Of a stretch of 32,000 bases of DNA, positions 12,933 to 21,254 are shown in pieces (position 1 is the stretch's first letter; each line of letters opens with the position of its first letter). Below the pieces are notes generated by a model. That model was not told the DNA's origin. It did not search any database and saw only the letters and a list, made by a program, of their open reading frames with translations. This stretch comes from Phycisphaera mikurensis NBRC 102666 (GTDB taxonomy: Bacteria > Planctomycetota > Phycisphaerae > Phycisphaerales > Phycisphaeraceae): contig NC_017080.1 in NCBI RefSeq assembly GCF_000284115.1, positions 1,020,001-1,052,000 of the forward strand. Direction: 5' to 3'. Made by a program: the position numbers and the translations under genes.

Positions 12933-15900
12933 ATGAAACCCGCCTTCCCCGTTGCCGTGTTCTCGGGTCTGCTCGCCGCCTCGCTCGCTGCGGCTCCTGC
13001 GTCCGCCGCTGAGGTCCGGGTGGAGGGAGGTGCGGCCCGCGACGTGACCCGCGGCGGCGAGGCGTTGGCGTTCGTGGTGGACGGCGACGCGCTGAGCGAG
13101 TCGGTAACGATCGAGGTGGATGCCGAGACGATCGGCGACAGGGGTCGGTACTGGGCAAACCTCTCCGACCAGCCGCCACGGGTGCTCGAGGCGGACGGCG
13201 GCGTGTTGCGGTGGACGCTGCCCTGGGCGGCGAACACGGGCGTGCGGGTGGAGCCGGCGGCGGAGGCGGCGATGGCGGAGGGCTTCGACGGCGGCGAGAG
13301 CTGGCTGCCGGAGGGCTGGAAGAGCGACTTTGAGACGCGCGGCGCCCGGGCCGTCCGCGGGGGCGAGACGGCCTACGCCGCGCGGCCGGGCCTGCCGCTC
13401 GGCGACGGCGAGGCGATGTCGGTGAACCTGGCGGAGGGCGTGGGTCGCGGCGGTTCGGGCGCGGTCCGCGTCCACAAGCCGACGGCCGGCGGCGAGGCTT
13501 ACGCGTGGGGCGGTGCGGCGGAGGTGACGCCCGGCACGGAGTACCTCGCCGAGGCTTACTACCACGTGGAGCAGATGGCCTGGGGCGGCATGGGCTCGTT
13601 CTCAGTGGAGCTGGTCAACGCCGACGGCGACAGCCGCTACCTCAGCTACGAGCGGATGAACCCGCTGCAAGACAACCGGCCGGACCGGTGGCGGCGGGCC
13701 TTCCTGCGATTCACGCCGCGGGCCGGAGAGACGATGGCGCGTCTGTGGCTGGGGGTGACGGCGGCGCCGATCACGCTGCTCTTCGACGACGCGCGCATCA
13801 TCGAGGCGCCCACGGCCATCGAGCGGGCGGGGAACCCGCTGCCGGACGACGCGGGCCCCGCGAGGCTCAGCGCCGAGGAGGTCCACGCGATGCTCGCGGA
13901 CGAGACGCCCCGGCCGGCCGAAGTGCGGACGGTCCGCGGCCAGCCGACGCTTCACGTCGACGGCGAGCCGGTGGGCAACTTCAGCTTCAACCCGGGCTAC
14001 TACGACTGGGAGGCCGGCCAGCCGGCTTATCACGGCGTCGCCGGCGAGCAGGGCGTGCCGATCCACACGATCCCCATCGCCCTGGGCGATTCCCTCGGCG
14101 GCGGCGACGCGGTGGAGGACGCGGTCTGGCAGGGACCCGGCGACTTCGACTTCTCGATCATCGAGGAGCGGATCGTCGAGACGCTCCGCCGGGCGCCCGA
14201 CGCGCTGATCCGGCTGAACCTGAGCCCCGAGCCGTACTACGGCTTCCACCTCGACCACCCCGACGCGCTGTTCCGCACCGCCGGCGGGCAGGTGGTCACC
14301 GGCTACACCCACTCGGCCCCGCTGCGGGACCTCGCGGAGGTCGGCGACACCGAGTTCGTCTCGCCCAGCTACGCGAGCGCCACCTTCCGCGAGCTCTCCG
14401 GCGACGCCTTCGAGCGGGTCGGCCGCTGGCTCGCCGACCACGACCTCGGCAAGCGGGTGATCGGCATCCACTTGATCGGCGGCCACGACGGCCAGTGGCT
14501 GCCGCACGCGAACAAGCACGGCGAGCACGGCATGCGCGACTTCGGCGTCGAGCACGTCGAGGCGTTCCGGGCGTACCTCCGGGAGATCCACGGCGATGAC
14601 GCCGGCCTCCGGGAGGCCTGGGGCGATCCGGAGGTCACGCTCGCGAACGCGCTGCCCGCCGACGACGCCGGCTTCACCGCCGACCACGTGTTCTTCGACC
14701 CCGAAGTCGGGGAGGACCGGCGGCGGATGGACACGGTCCGCTTCATCCAGGTCGGCAAGGTGGAGACGATCGCGCACCTGCTCGAGGCCTTCGACCGGGG
14801 CCTCGGCCGGCCCGCCTTCCACAGCGTGTACTGGTCGGACGTGTACCACGGCCACGACCTGGACCACTGGGCGCTGACCGAGCTGCTGCGGGTCGACGCG
14901 CTCGACGCCGTCGCGAGCATCGCCGACTACTCGAACTGGCGGCGGCAGGGCCGGCCGGGCGCGATCAGCTCGGCCGCCGCGTCGATCCGGCTGCACGGCA
15001 AGGCCTTCATCGCCGAGGTCGACCACCGCACGCCGCACGCCTGGGGCAACGCCGACGCCAACGAAAACCAGGACTGGCTCGGCCAGATCGTCGACCCGCT
15101 GGACCCGATCCACGCCGCCCGGCGCGAGTGGGGGCAGGCGATGGCGCTCGGCGGCGGCGGCTGGCACTACGGCCTCGGCGGGCAGGGCTTCGCCTTCGAG
15201 CCCTATTGCGATGCCCTCGGCGAGGCGGCCGACGCCGCGCAGCGCCTCGCGGAGGACCCGCGGCTGGAAGCGGACCGCCCGCCGGTCGCGACCTTCGCCG
15301 ACGAGCGGGCGGTGATGGCGATGAGCCAGAGAAACATCGTCAACCTGATGACCGCCCAGCTCAGCGCCAACATGGCCCGCGACCCGCTCTCCACCAGCGG
15401 CCTGGGCTACGACCCCTACCTGCTCACCGACCTGGACCACCCCGACCGGCCGCGCTACCCCGTGACGCTTCTGCTCTCGGCGGTGACGATGACCCCCGAG
15501 CAGGTGTCCTGGGTGGAGGACAACCTCCAGCGAGACGGCCGCGTGATCGTCGTGTTCCACGCGGCCGGGCAGACGCACGCCGGCGGCGTCGCCGACACCG
15601 TCGACCGGCTGACCGGCATCGCGGTCGAGATGGACGAGAAACAGACGGTCTCGCAGCGATTGCGGGCCACCGGCGACGATCCGCTCAGCGAGCAGATCGA
15701 CTTCCACCGCCACGAGACCCCCGGGCCGCTGATCCGCGTGGTGGACGAGGAGGCGGTGCCGCTGGCCACGCACGCCGGCCGCGAAGACGTGGCCGCCGCA
15801 ATCAAGCGGCACGACGGCTGGACGGGCGTCTACGTCGCCGCGCCCGGGGCGCTCACGCCGCGGCTGCTGCGGAACCTCGCCGCCGAGGCCGGGGTGGAGC

Positions 15901-16112
15901 CGACCGGACCCGAGGGCGACATGACGATGGCCGGCAACGGCCTGATCGTCGTCCACGGCATGGATGCCGAGGCGGCGACGCCGCTGCGGTGGGACGGTCC
16001 GGCGGACCTGGTCGACCTCACGACGGGCGAGACGGTCGCCACCGGCACCGCGTCCGCCGAGGTGGACGTGCCCTTCGGCGAGACCAGGTGGTTCCGCCGC
16101 GAGCTGCGCTGA
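12933..16112 (+). CDS. Exported glycoside-hydrolase-like protein with an N-terminal CBM-like jelly-roll, a GH42-like TIM-barrel region and a trimerisation-like domain
   Basis: ATG at 12933 inside track ORF 12816..16112 gives the signal peptide MKPAFPVAVFSGLLAASLAAAPASA. FRAYLREIHGDDAGLREAWGDPEVTL resembles the GH42 motif region. SPSYASATFRE is also present. The later segment YPVTLLLSAVTMTPEQVSWVEDNLQRDGRVIVVFHAAG resembles the GH42 trimerisation (GATase-like) domain. Confidence 0.75.
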   Translation: MKPAFPVAVFSGLLAASLAAAPASAAEVRVEGGAARDVTRGGEALAFVVDGDALSESVTIEVDAETIGDRGRYWANLSDQPPRVLEADGGVLRWTLPWAANTGVRVEPAAEAAMAEGFDGGESWLPEGWKSDFETRGARAVRGGETAYAARPGLPLGDGEAMSVNLAEGVGRGGSGAVRVHKPTAGGEAYAWGGAAEVTPGTEYLAEAYYHVEQMAWGGMGSFSVELVNADGDSRYLSYERMNPLQDNRPDRWRRAFLRFTPRAGETMARLWLGVTAAPITLLFDDARIIEAPTAIERAGNPLPDDAGPARLSAEEVHAMLADETPRPAEVRTVRGQPTLHVDGEPVGNFSFNPGYYDWEAGQPAYHGVAGEQGVPIHTIPIALGDSLGGGDAVEDAVWQGPGDFDFSIIEERIVETLRRAPDALIRLNLSPEPYYGFHLDHPDALFRTAGGQVVTGYTHSAPLRDLAEVGDTEFVSPSYASATFRELSGDAFERVGRWLADHDLGKRVIGIHLIGGHDGQWLPHANKHGEHGMRDFGVEHVEAFRAYLREIHGDDAGLREAWGDPEVTLANALPADDAGFTADHVFFDPEVGEDRRRMDTVRFIQVGKVETIAHLLEAFDRGLGRPAFHSVYWSDVYHGHDLDHWALTELLRVDALDAVASIADYSNWRRQGRPGAISSAAASIRLHGKAFIAEVDHRTPHAWGNADANENQDWLGQIVDPLDPIHAARREWGQAMALGGGGWHYGLGGQGFAFEPYCDALGEAADAAQRLAEDPRLEADRPPVATFADERAVMAMSQRNIVNLMTAQLSANMARDPLSTSGLGYDPYLLTDLDHPDRPRYPVTLLLSAVTMTPEQVSWVEDNLQRDGRVIVVFHAAGQTHAGGVADTVDRLTGIAVEMDEKQTVSQRLRATGDDPLSEQIDFHRHETPGPLIRVVDEEAVPLATHAGREDVAAAIKRHDGWTGVYVAAPGALTPRLLRNLAAEAGVEPTGPEGDMTMAGNGLIVVHGMDAEAATPLRWDGPADLVDLTTGETVATGTASAEVDVPFGETRWFRRELR

Positions 16113-16167
16113 GCGGGCGGGCCGGGCGAGCCGGGAGGCCGGGCGGCTCCGCCCAGCGGGCCCGCGA

Positions 16168-16219
16168 GCGCCGCGGACCGGGGCCCGTTCCGGCTCCGCG
16201 GCCCCGCGGTCCGCGGCGC
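16168..16219. terminator. Conserved-sequence hairpin, probable terminator after the GH42-like gene
   Basis: GCGCCGCGGACCG-GGGC (16168-16184) pairs with GCCCCGCGGTCCGCGGCGC (16201-16219). That gives 13 bp, then 4 bp after a 2-nt bulge. Confidence 0.5.
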
Positions 16220-16472
16220 CGCATCACCGGCTCCCCAAGCCGCTGCGTCGTCGTCGGGGACCTCCAGAGGCGAGGCGTCGGCAACGAGGGCCAGATCCCC
16301 CGCCGCGGCGAAGCCCGGCACCCGGAGGATCCACGCCGCGGTGGCCCCGCCCGCCCACGATTTCCCTAAGGTGGATCGCATCGTTCATCCTTCTGGAATA
16401 GCCGGCGGGATCTCGGACGGCTTCCTTCCCGCTCCGCCCGGCGCGCGGGCACCCGCACCGCCGGTTTCCCGC

Positions 16473-17447
16473 ATGCTCGACACGCTGCCCATCGGAGAAG
16501 CGGCGGCCCTGGGCGCGGCGGCGGCGTGGGCGGTCTCGAGCATCCTCTGGGTGCGGATCGGCCTGCACGTCCGGGCGACGGTGGTGAGCCTGGTGAAGGG
16601 CGTGCTGGCGCTGGGGATGCTCGCCGCGGCGGCGTGGGCGATGGCGGTGGACTTCGGCTCGCTCTCGCCGCTGGCGCTGGGCTTCTTCGCCCTCTCGGGG
16701 GTGCTGGGCATCGGCTTCGGCGACACGCTGTACCTCGACTCGCTCAACCGCCTGGGCCCGACCCGCTCGCTGCTGGTGGCGATGCTGGCCCCGCCGCTGA
16801 CGATCCTCGGCGGCTGGGCGGTGCTGCAAGAGCGGGTGCCCCCGCTGTCGCTCTTGGGCGTGGCGGTGACGGTGGCGGGCGTCGCCTGGGTGGTGACGCG
16901 GCGGGAGCGGCCCGCGCCAAGCCCGCGGGTGCAGGCCGAGGCCGCTGCCGAGGAGGCCGCCGCCGCGGCGGAGCCCGCCGGAGCCGACGCGGCCCGCCGG
17001 TCGCTGTGGCTGGGCCTGGCGACCGGGGGCCTGGGCGCCGCGATGCAGGCCGCCAGCCTGATCGTCAACCGCTACGGGTACGCCCAGGGCGAGGCGGACG
17101 CGACGCTCACGACGATCGTCCGCATCGCCGCCGGGGTGGCGGTGCTCGCGGCTGCGCTGCCGCTGCTGGGGCGGCCCGCGGGCGCGGTGCCGGTGTGGCG
17201 GCTGGGCGGCCGGCTCTGGGGGCTGTTCGTCGCTGCGACGCTGATTGGCACCGCCGGCGGCATGGTGCTGATGCAGGTGGCGGTCGACCGCGGCCACAGC
17301 TCCGGCGTCGTGCAGACGCTGCTCTCCACCAGCCCGCTGTTCGTGATGCCCATGGTCGCGCTCACCGGCGAGCGGCTGAGCCTCTCCGCGGTGGCCGGGG
17401 CGCTGGTGGCGACCGCCGGTCTCGGGCTGCTGTTCGCGGGGCTCTGA
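16473..17447 (+). CDS. EamA/DMT-family transporter
   Basis: ATG at 16473 inside track ORF 16341..17447. The protein has about 10 hydrophobic helices in two halves separated by a charged linker RRERPAPSPRVQAEAAAEE. The segment GFGDTLYLDSLNRLGPTRSLLV is typical of EamA repeats. Confidence 0.8.
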   Translation: MLDTLPIGEAAALGAAAAWAVSSILWVRIGLHVRATVVSLVKGVLALGMLAAAAWAMAVDFGSLSPLALGFFALSGVLGIGFGDTLYLDSLNRLGPTRSLLVAMLAPPLTILGGWAVLQERVPPLSLLGVAVTVAGVAWVVTRRERPAPSPRVQAEAAAEEAAAAAEPAGADAARRSLWLGLATGGLGAAMQAASLIVNRYGYAQGEADATLTTIVRIAAGVAVLAAALPLLGRPAGAVPVWRLGGRLWGLFVAATLIGTAGGMVLMQVAVDRGHSSGVVQTLLSTSPLFVMPMVALTGERLSLSAVAGALVATAGLGLLFAGL

Positions 17448-17546
17448 CCTCCAGGTGCGACGGCCCCCGCCACCCCCCAAGGGGCGTGGCACCCGGGCAT
17501 CGGCCGATTCCGGAAGACGTGACAGGATCCGACGCTCCCGGCGCCG

Positions 17547-17623
17547 GGTGCCACGCCGCTTGCGGGGTGGTCGAGCGCCGATGGCGCCGACGGCGCCCGC
17601 CACCCCCCAAGGGGCGTGGCACC
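17547..17623. repeat. REP doublet B1 (77 nt; same left arm as family A, variant right arm, 29-nt spacer)
   Basis: The element reads GGTGCCACGCCGCTTGCGGGGTGG, then tcgagcgccgatggcgccgacggcgcccg, then CCACCCCCCAAGGGGCGTGGCACC. The arms are complementary at 22 of 24 positions. Confidence 0.9.
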
Positions 17624-17650
17624 CGGGCATCGGCCGGTCTCCCGACGCCG

Positions 17651-17726
17651 GGTGCCACGCCGCTTGCGGGGTGGTCGAGCGCCGATGAAGCCGACGGCGC
17701 CCGCCACCCTCAAGGGGCGTGGCACC
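17651..17726. repeat. REP doublet B2 (76 nt)
   Basis: Same architecture as B1, 104 nt downstream. The right arm carries a 1-nt deletion (CCACCCTCAAGGGGCGTGGCACC). Confidence 0.9.
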
Positions 17727-17852
17727 CGGGCATCGGCCGGTCTCGGGAGACGTGACAGAACCCGACGCTCCCGGCGCCGGGTGCCACGCCTCCCGCATGA
17801 GATGGCGAGATGGACCGAATGAACCCCCGGCGAAGGCCCCGCCGCAACTGTC

Positions 17853-19025
17853 CTACCGCGTCTCTTCGTCAAGGAAGGCGGCGATGCGGTCGAGGCCGGC
17901 CTGCAGGTAGTCCTCCGGCAGGCCGAAGCTCAGGCGCACGTGGTCGGGCACGCCGAGGTGGTCGCCGGGGGCCAGCAGCACGTCGTGCCGCTCGCGGAGC
18001 CTTGTGACGAACTGCCGGCTGTCCAGGTGCGGCACGTCGAAGCGCAGCAGCGTGATCGCCGCGGCGTCGTGGGGGGTGAGCGCGAGGCGGCCGCCCTGGG
18101 TGCCGATCCAACGCTCCAGCACGGCGTAGCCCTCGCGGATCAGCGTCCGCGTGCGCTCCACGACGCGGTCGCGGACCGGGGACGCCATGGCGTACGCGGC
18201 CATGTGGTTCGCGATCGTGGCGGTGCAGAGCGTCAGGTACTCGCGGCGGGCCCACATCTGGTCCACGGTGCCGGCGTCGGTGGCGGCCCAGCCGATGCGG
18301 AAGCCCGGCAGGCCGTAGGCCTTGCTGGTGCTGCCGGTGGCGATCACCTTGTCGTACGCGTCGAAGAAGCTGGGCGTGAAGTCGCCGCCGCGCCGCTCGC
18401 TGCCGCGGTACACCTCGTCGGAGAGGATCCACGCGCCCACCCGCTCCGCCTCGGTTATGACGGCGGCCATCTCCTCGGGCGTGAGCGCCCGGCCGGTCGG
18501 GTTGTTGGGGTGGCAGACCGCGATCAGCCGCGTCCGCTCCGTGACCGCCTCGCGCAGGGCGGCCAGGTCCGGGGCGAAGCCGCGGGCGGGGTCCAGCGGG
18601 AAGGTCTTGACCTGCAGCCCGTAGTTCACCGCCGCGCCGTACACCTGCTGGTAATTCGGCGACATCACCACCACCTCGTCGCCGGGGCGGGTGACGGCCG
18701 TCAGCCCCGCGAAGTTGGCCTCCACCGCGCCCACGGTGACCAGCACGTTCGACGCGTCGGCCGTCCGGTAGGTCGAGGCGATGGCCTCCCGCAGCGCCGG
18801 CAGCCCGGCGCCCGGCGCGTAGTAGAGCGAGACGTCCCGCAGCCGATCGAAGGCTCCGGGGTCGCCCTCGTACAGCTCCGCCACCGAGAGCGGGTGCACG
18901 CCGCTCTCGCTGAGGTTGTAAGCCACCTCATACTCGAACGCGCTGAGGTCGCGCTCGAGCTCGAAGGGCAGAAACGGCGGGAAGGCCGGGAACGCGGCGG
19001 CGGGCGGGGCGGCGGATGAGCTCAT
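17853..19025 (-). CDS. PLP-dependent aminotransferase, class I/II fold
   Basis: Track ORF 17853..19058, with the start taken at MSSSAAPP (complement of 19023-19025). It has the PLP-lysine motif STSKAYGLPGFRIGW, plus CHPNNPTGRAL and SPNYQQVYG. Confidence 0.85.
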   Translation of the reverse strand: MSSSAAPPAAAFPAFPPFLPFELERDLSAFEYEVAYNLSESGVHPLSVAELYEGDPGAFDRLRDVSLYYAPGAGLPALREAIASTYRTADASNVLVTVGAVEANFAGLTAVTRPGDEVVVMSPNYQQVYGAAVNYGLQVKTFPLDPARGFAPDLAALREAVTERTRLIAVCHPNNPTGRALTPEEMAAVITEAERVGAWILSDEVYRGSERRGGDFTPSFFDAYDKVIATGSTSKAYGLPGFRIGWAATDAGTVDQMWARREYLTLCTATIANHMAAYAMASPVRDRVVERTRTLIREGYAVLERWIGTQGGRLALTPHDAAAITLLRFDVPHLDSRQFVTRLRERHDVLLAPGDHLGVPDHVRLSFGLPEDYLQAGLDRIAAFLDEETR

Positions 19026-19053
19026 GGGCGTGGGGCGGGCGGGGCGTGCGTGC

Positions 19054-19096
19054 TTCAAGCATAATGAATCAAAGATTCCGCTTCTAGAAACTTTTG
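19054..19096 (-). promoter_or_regulatory. AT-rich island upstream of the aminotransferase gene (putative promoter)
   Basis: The sequence cttcaagcataatgaatcaaagattccgcttctagaaacttttg is the only AT-rich patch in this intergenic region. On the minus strand, TTCTAG, a 17-nt spacer and CATTAT are present. Confidence 0.3.
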
Positions 19097-19193
19097 CCCC
19101 GTCCGTTGTCCGTGCGCTGACCCCTGCCGCGTCTCCGGAGCGGACGACGGCGCCCGGCCGCGCTCGCCGGCGCCGCGGGCGCGGCCGGGCCCG

Positions 19194-19239
19194 CCGCGGA
19201 CCGCGGGCTCGGGAGCCGCGCCGACGCCGCGGTCCGCGG
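19194..19239. terminator. Conserved-sequence hairpin, probable terminator of the PhyH gene 19242..20081
   Basis: CCGCGGACCGCGG (19194-19206) and CCGCGGTCCGCGG (19227-19239) form a perfect 13-bp stem with a 20-nt loop. It starts 3 nt after the minus-strand stop. Confidence 0.55.
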
Positions 19240-19241
19240 GC

Positions 19242-20081
19242 TCAGGCGGCGCCCGCCGCCGCGGCGGCGTCGAAGGGCTCGCCGCAGGGGCCCCCGCCGG
19301 TGGCGTCGGCGAAGCCGCGGTGCTCGCGGCCGTCGAAGCGGAAGCAGGGCTTGTAGTGCGAGCCGATCGCCTCGGCGGAGGCGGGGGCGTAGTGGCAGAT
19401 GAAGCTGCGCCGCCAGCGGTCGGCGGTCGTGTTCGGCTTCGAGCCGTGCACCACGCTGCCGTTGAAGAACAGCACGTCCCCGGGCCCGAGCACGGCGGGC
19501 ACGGGCACCACGCCGGCGGGCGGGCGGACGAGGTCGGTGGTGAAGCTTTCGGCGGCGTCGGCGGCCTCGGGGCAGGCCACCTCCATGCCGTGCGTGCCCG
19601 GGCAGACGAACAGGCCGCCGTTCTCGGGGGTCGCGGCGTCCACCGCGGTCCAGGCGGCCACGCAGGTTTGCGGAGCCACCTTCAGGTAGAAGTTGTCCTG
19701 GTGCAGGGCCTGGCCGCGGCCGCCGGGCGGCTTGAAGTAGAACATGGACTGCGTGGCGATCGGCTCCTCGCCGAGCAGCCGGCGGAGGATCGCCCCGACC
19801 CGCGGGTCCAGCAGCATCGCCCGGCTGAGGCCGTCGATGCGGTGCGGGTGCATCACCCGCGGGTAGCGCTTCAGCGGGTCCGAGGAGTTGCGGTCGGGCT
19901 CCCAGTGGGGAGGCTGGTCGGGTGCGTTGGCGGCGAGGTCGTCGAAGCGTTCGCGGCAGGCGTCGATCTCCGCCCGCGACCACAGGCCGCGGACGATGAC
20001 GTAGCCGTCGCGCTCCCAGGCGGCGTGTTGCTCGGGGGTGAGGGCGGCGTCGGCGTGGCGGGCGGTGGCGGCGGGGGGCAT
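19242..20081 (-). CDS. Phytanoyl-CoA dioxygenase (PhyH) family Fe(II)/2-oxoglutarate oxygenase
   Basis: C-terminal 279 aa of track ORF 19242..22718, with the start at MPPAATARHADAALTPEQ (complement of 20079-20081). It has the HxD motif ALHQDNFYL, then LFFNGSVVHGSKPNTTADRWRRSFICHY. Confidence 0.85.
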   Translation of the reverse strand: MPPAATARHADAALTPEQHAAWERDGYVIVRGLWSRAEIDACRERFDDLAANAPDQPPHWEPDRNSSDPLKRYPRVMHPHRIDGLSRAMLLDPRVGAILRRLLGEEPIATQSMFYFKPPGGRGQALHQDNFYLKVAPQTCVAAWTAVDAATPENGGLFVCPGTHGMEVACPEAADAAESFTTDLVRPPAGVVPVPAVLGPGDVLFFNGSVVHGSKPNTTADRWRRSFICHYAPASAEAIGSHYKPCFRFDGREHRGFADATGGGPCGEPFDAAAAAGAA

Positions 20082-20168
20082 GGCTCGGGTTCCTGAAGGA
20101 AGCGGGTGGCGGAGAGCTCCATCATCGCCCCTCCCCGCTTCTGCACACGGTCCGCACCGGCTGGAATC

Positions 20169-21101
20169 ATGTACGATCCTGCTGCCGTGCGACGGCCCGA
20201 GACCCCCGCCCCCGACACCCGCACGCTCGTCTGCGGGCACGACCGGCGGGGACCGGCCTACCGCAGCCGGCGCTCGGCCGGCACGGGGGACCACCTGCTG
20301 ATCTTCACGGCCGCGGGCGCCGGCGAGCTCCGCCACGCGGCGGGGCGGACGCGGCAGACCGCCGGGGAGGTGGCGCTGTACCGGCCCGGCACGCCGCAGG
20401 ACTACCGGACCGACCCGCGGACGGGGGCGGGACCGGCATCGTGGGAGCTTCTCTGGGCGCACGTGCGGCCGCCGGCCTCGTGGGCGCGGCTGCTCCGCTG
20501 GCCGGAGGAGGCGCCGGGCCTGGCCCGCCTGCGGCCCGAGCCGCACACCGCCGGGGCCGCGGAGGCCTCCCTCCGCGCCATGGTGGCCCACAGCCGGACC
20601 GCCCACGCCTTCCGCCTGGAGCGGGCGATGAACGCCCTGGAGGCGGCGCTGCTGCACCTCGTGGACGCGCTGCCGCCCGGGCCGGCGCACCCGCGGGTGG
20701 ACGACCGGCTCCGCGCCGTGCTGGACCTGCTGCACGCCCGCTTCGCCGAGCCCTGGACCAACGAGGCGCTCGCCCGGCAGGCGAAGCTGTCGACCTCCCG
20801 CTTCGCCCACCTCTTCCGCGAGCAGCTGGGCACCACCCCGCAGCGGTACCTCGAGGCGCAGCGGATCGGCCGCGCCAAAGAGCTGCTGGAGCGATCGGGC
20901 ACGACGATCGCGCGGGTGGCCGCCGAGGTCGGCTTCGACGATCCGCTGTACTTCTCCCGCCGCTTCGCGAAGCACGCGGGCGCATCGCCCCGCGCCTGGC
21001 AGGCCAAGCCGGAAGCCCGACCGGACGCCTCGCCCGCCGCGCCGCCGCGCGGGCGCCACGCGGCTTCCGGCGGAGACGCGGCCGTCCCGCCCCTCCCCTG
21101 A
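20169..21101 (+). CDS. AraC-family transcriptional regulator
   Basis: Track ORF 20106..21101 (GTG at 20106; ATG at 20169). The C-terminal double helix-turn-helix reads WTNEALARQAKLSTSRFAHLFREQLGTTPQRYLEAQRIGRAKELLERSGTTIARVAAEVGFDDPLYFSRRFAKHAGASPRAW. Confidence 0.85.
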   Translation: MYDPAAVRRPETPAPDTRTLVCGHDRRGPAYRSRRSAGTGDHLLIFTAAGAGELRHAAGRTRQTAGEVALYRPGTPQDYRTDPRTGAGPASWELLWAHVRPPASWARLLRWPEEAPGLARLRPEPHTAGAAEASLRAMVAHSRTAHAFRLERAMNALEAALLHLVDALPPGPAHPRVDDRLRAVLDLLHARFAEPWTNEALARQAKLSTSRFAHLFREQLGTTPQRYLEAQRIGRAKELLERSGTTIARVAAEVGFDDPLYFSRRFAKHAGASPRAWQAKPEARPDASPAAPPRGRHAASGGDAAVPPLP

Positions 21102-21254
21102 CCCCGCCGCACCCGCTCGCCTCCCGTCCCACGCAACACGCCCCGCCCGCCACATACCCCCTTCCACCAAACCCCTGCCACAAGAACGCTTGGCCCCTGC
21201 GGGCCCAATGGCAGGTCGCCGACCTGCCCTACGCCTAGGCGATACCGTCGGCTC

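Larger units (their letters stand above)
17457..17789. repeat. BIME-like array of alternating inverted REP arms with conserved linkers
   Basis: The order is: right arm 17470-17493, 53-nt linker, hairpin B1, 27-nt linker, hairpin B2, 52-nt linker, then a truncated left arm 17779-17789. The long linkers are near-identical (cgggcatcggccg.t.c.gga.gacgtgacag.a.ccgacgctcccggcgcc). The short linker is a deletion variant. Confidence 0.9.

Noticed and set aside
10761-13565. 934-aa minus-strand ORF, and similar ones at 9325..10680, 13602..15956 and 27988..29997
   Set aside because: Same shadow-ORF composition. Each lies antisense to or out of frame with a gene that has clear family motifs.
15830-16381. 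183-aa minus-strand ORF partly filling the 360-nt gap after the GH42-like gene
   Set aside because: It overlaps the 3-prime end of the GH42-like gene by about 280 nt, runs through the terminator-like hairpin, and has no recognisable motif.
17457-17789. Possible CRISPR array (regular ~104-nt spacing of a palindromic repeat)
   Set aside because: The would-be spacers are themselves conserved repeats (linkers). The repeat arms alternate in orientation, there are only 2-3 units, and no cas genes are in the window. It fits a REP/BIME array instead.
16224-17872. Minus-strand ORFs 16224..17798 (524 aa) and 17072..17872 (266 aa)
   Set aside because: They are antisense to the EamA transporter gene, extend through the REP array, and have shadow composition.
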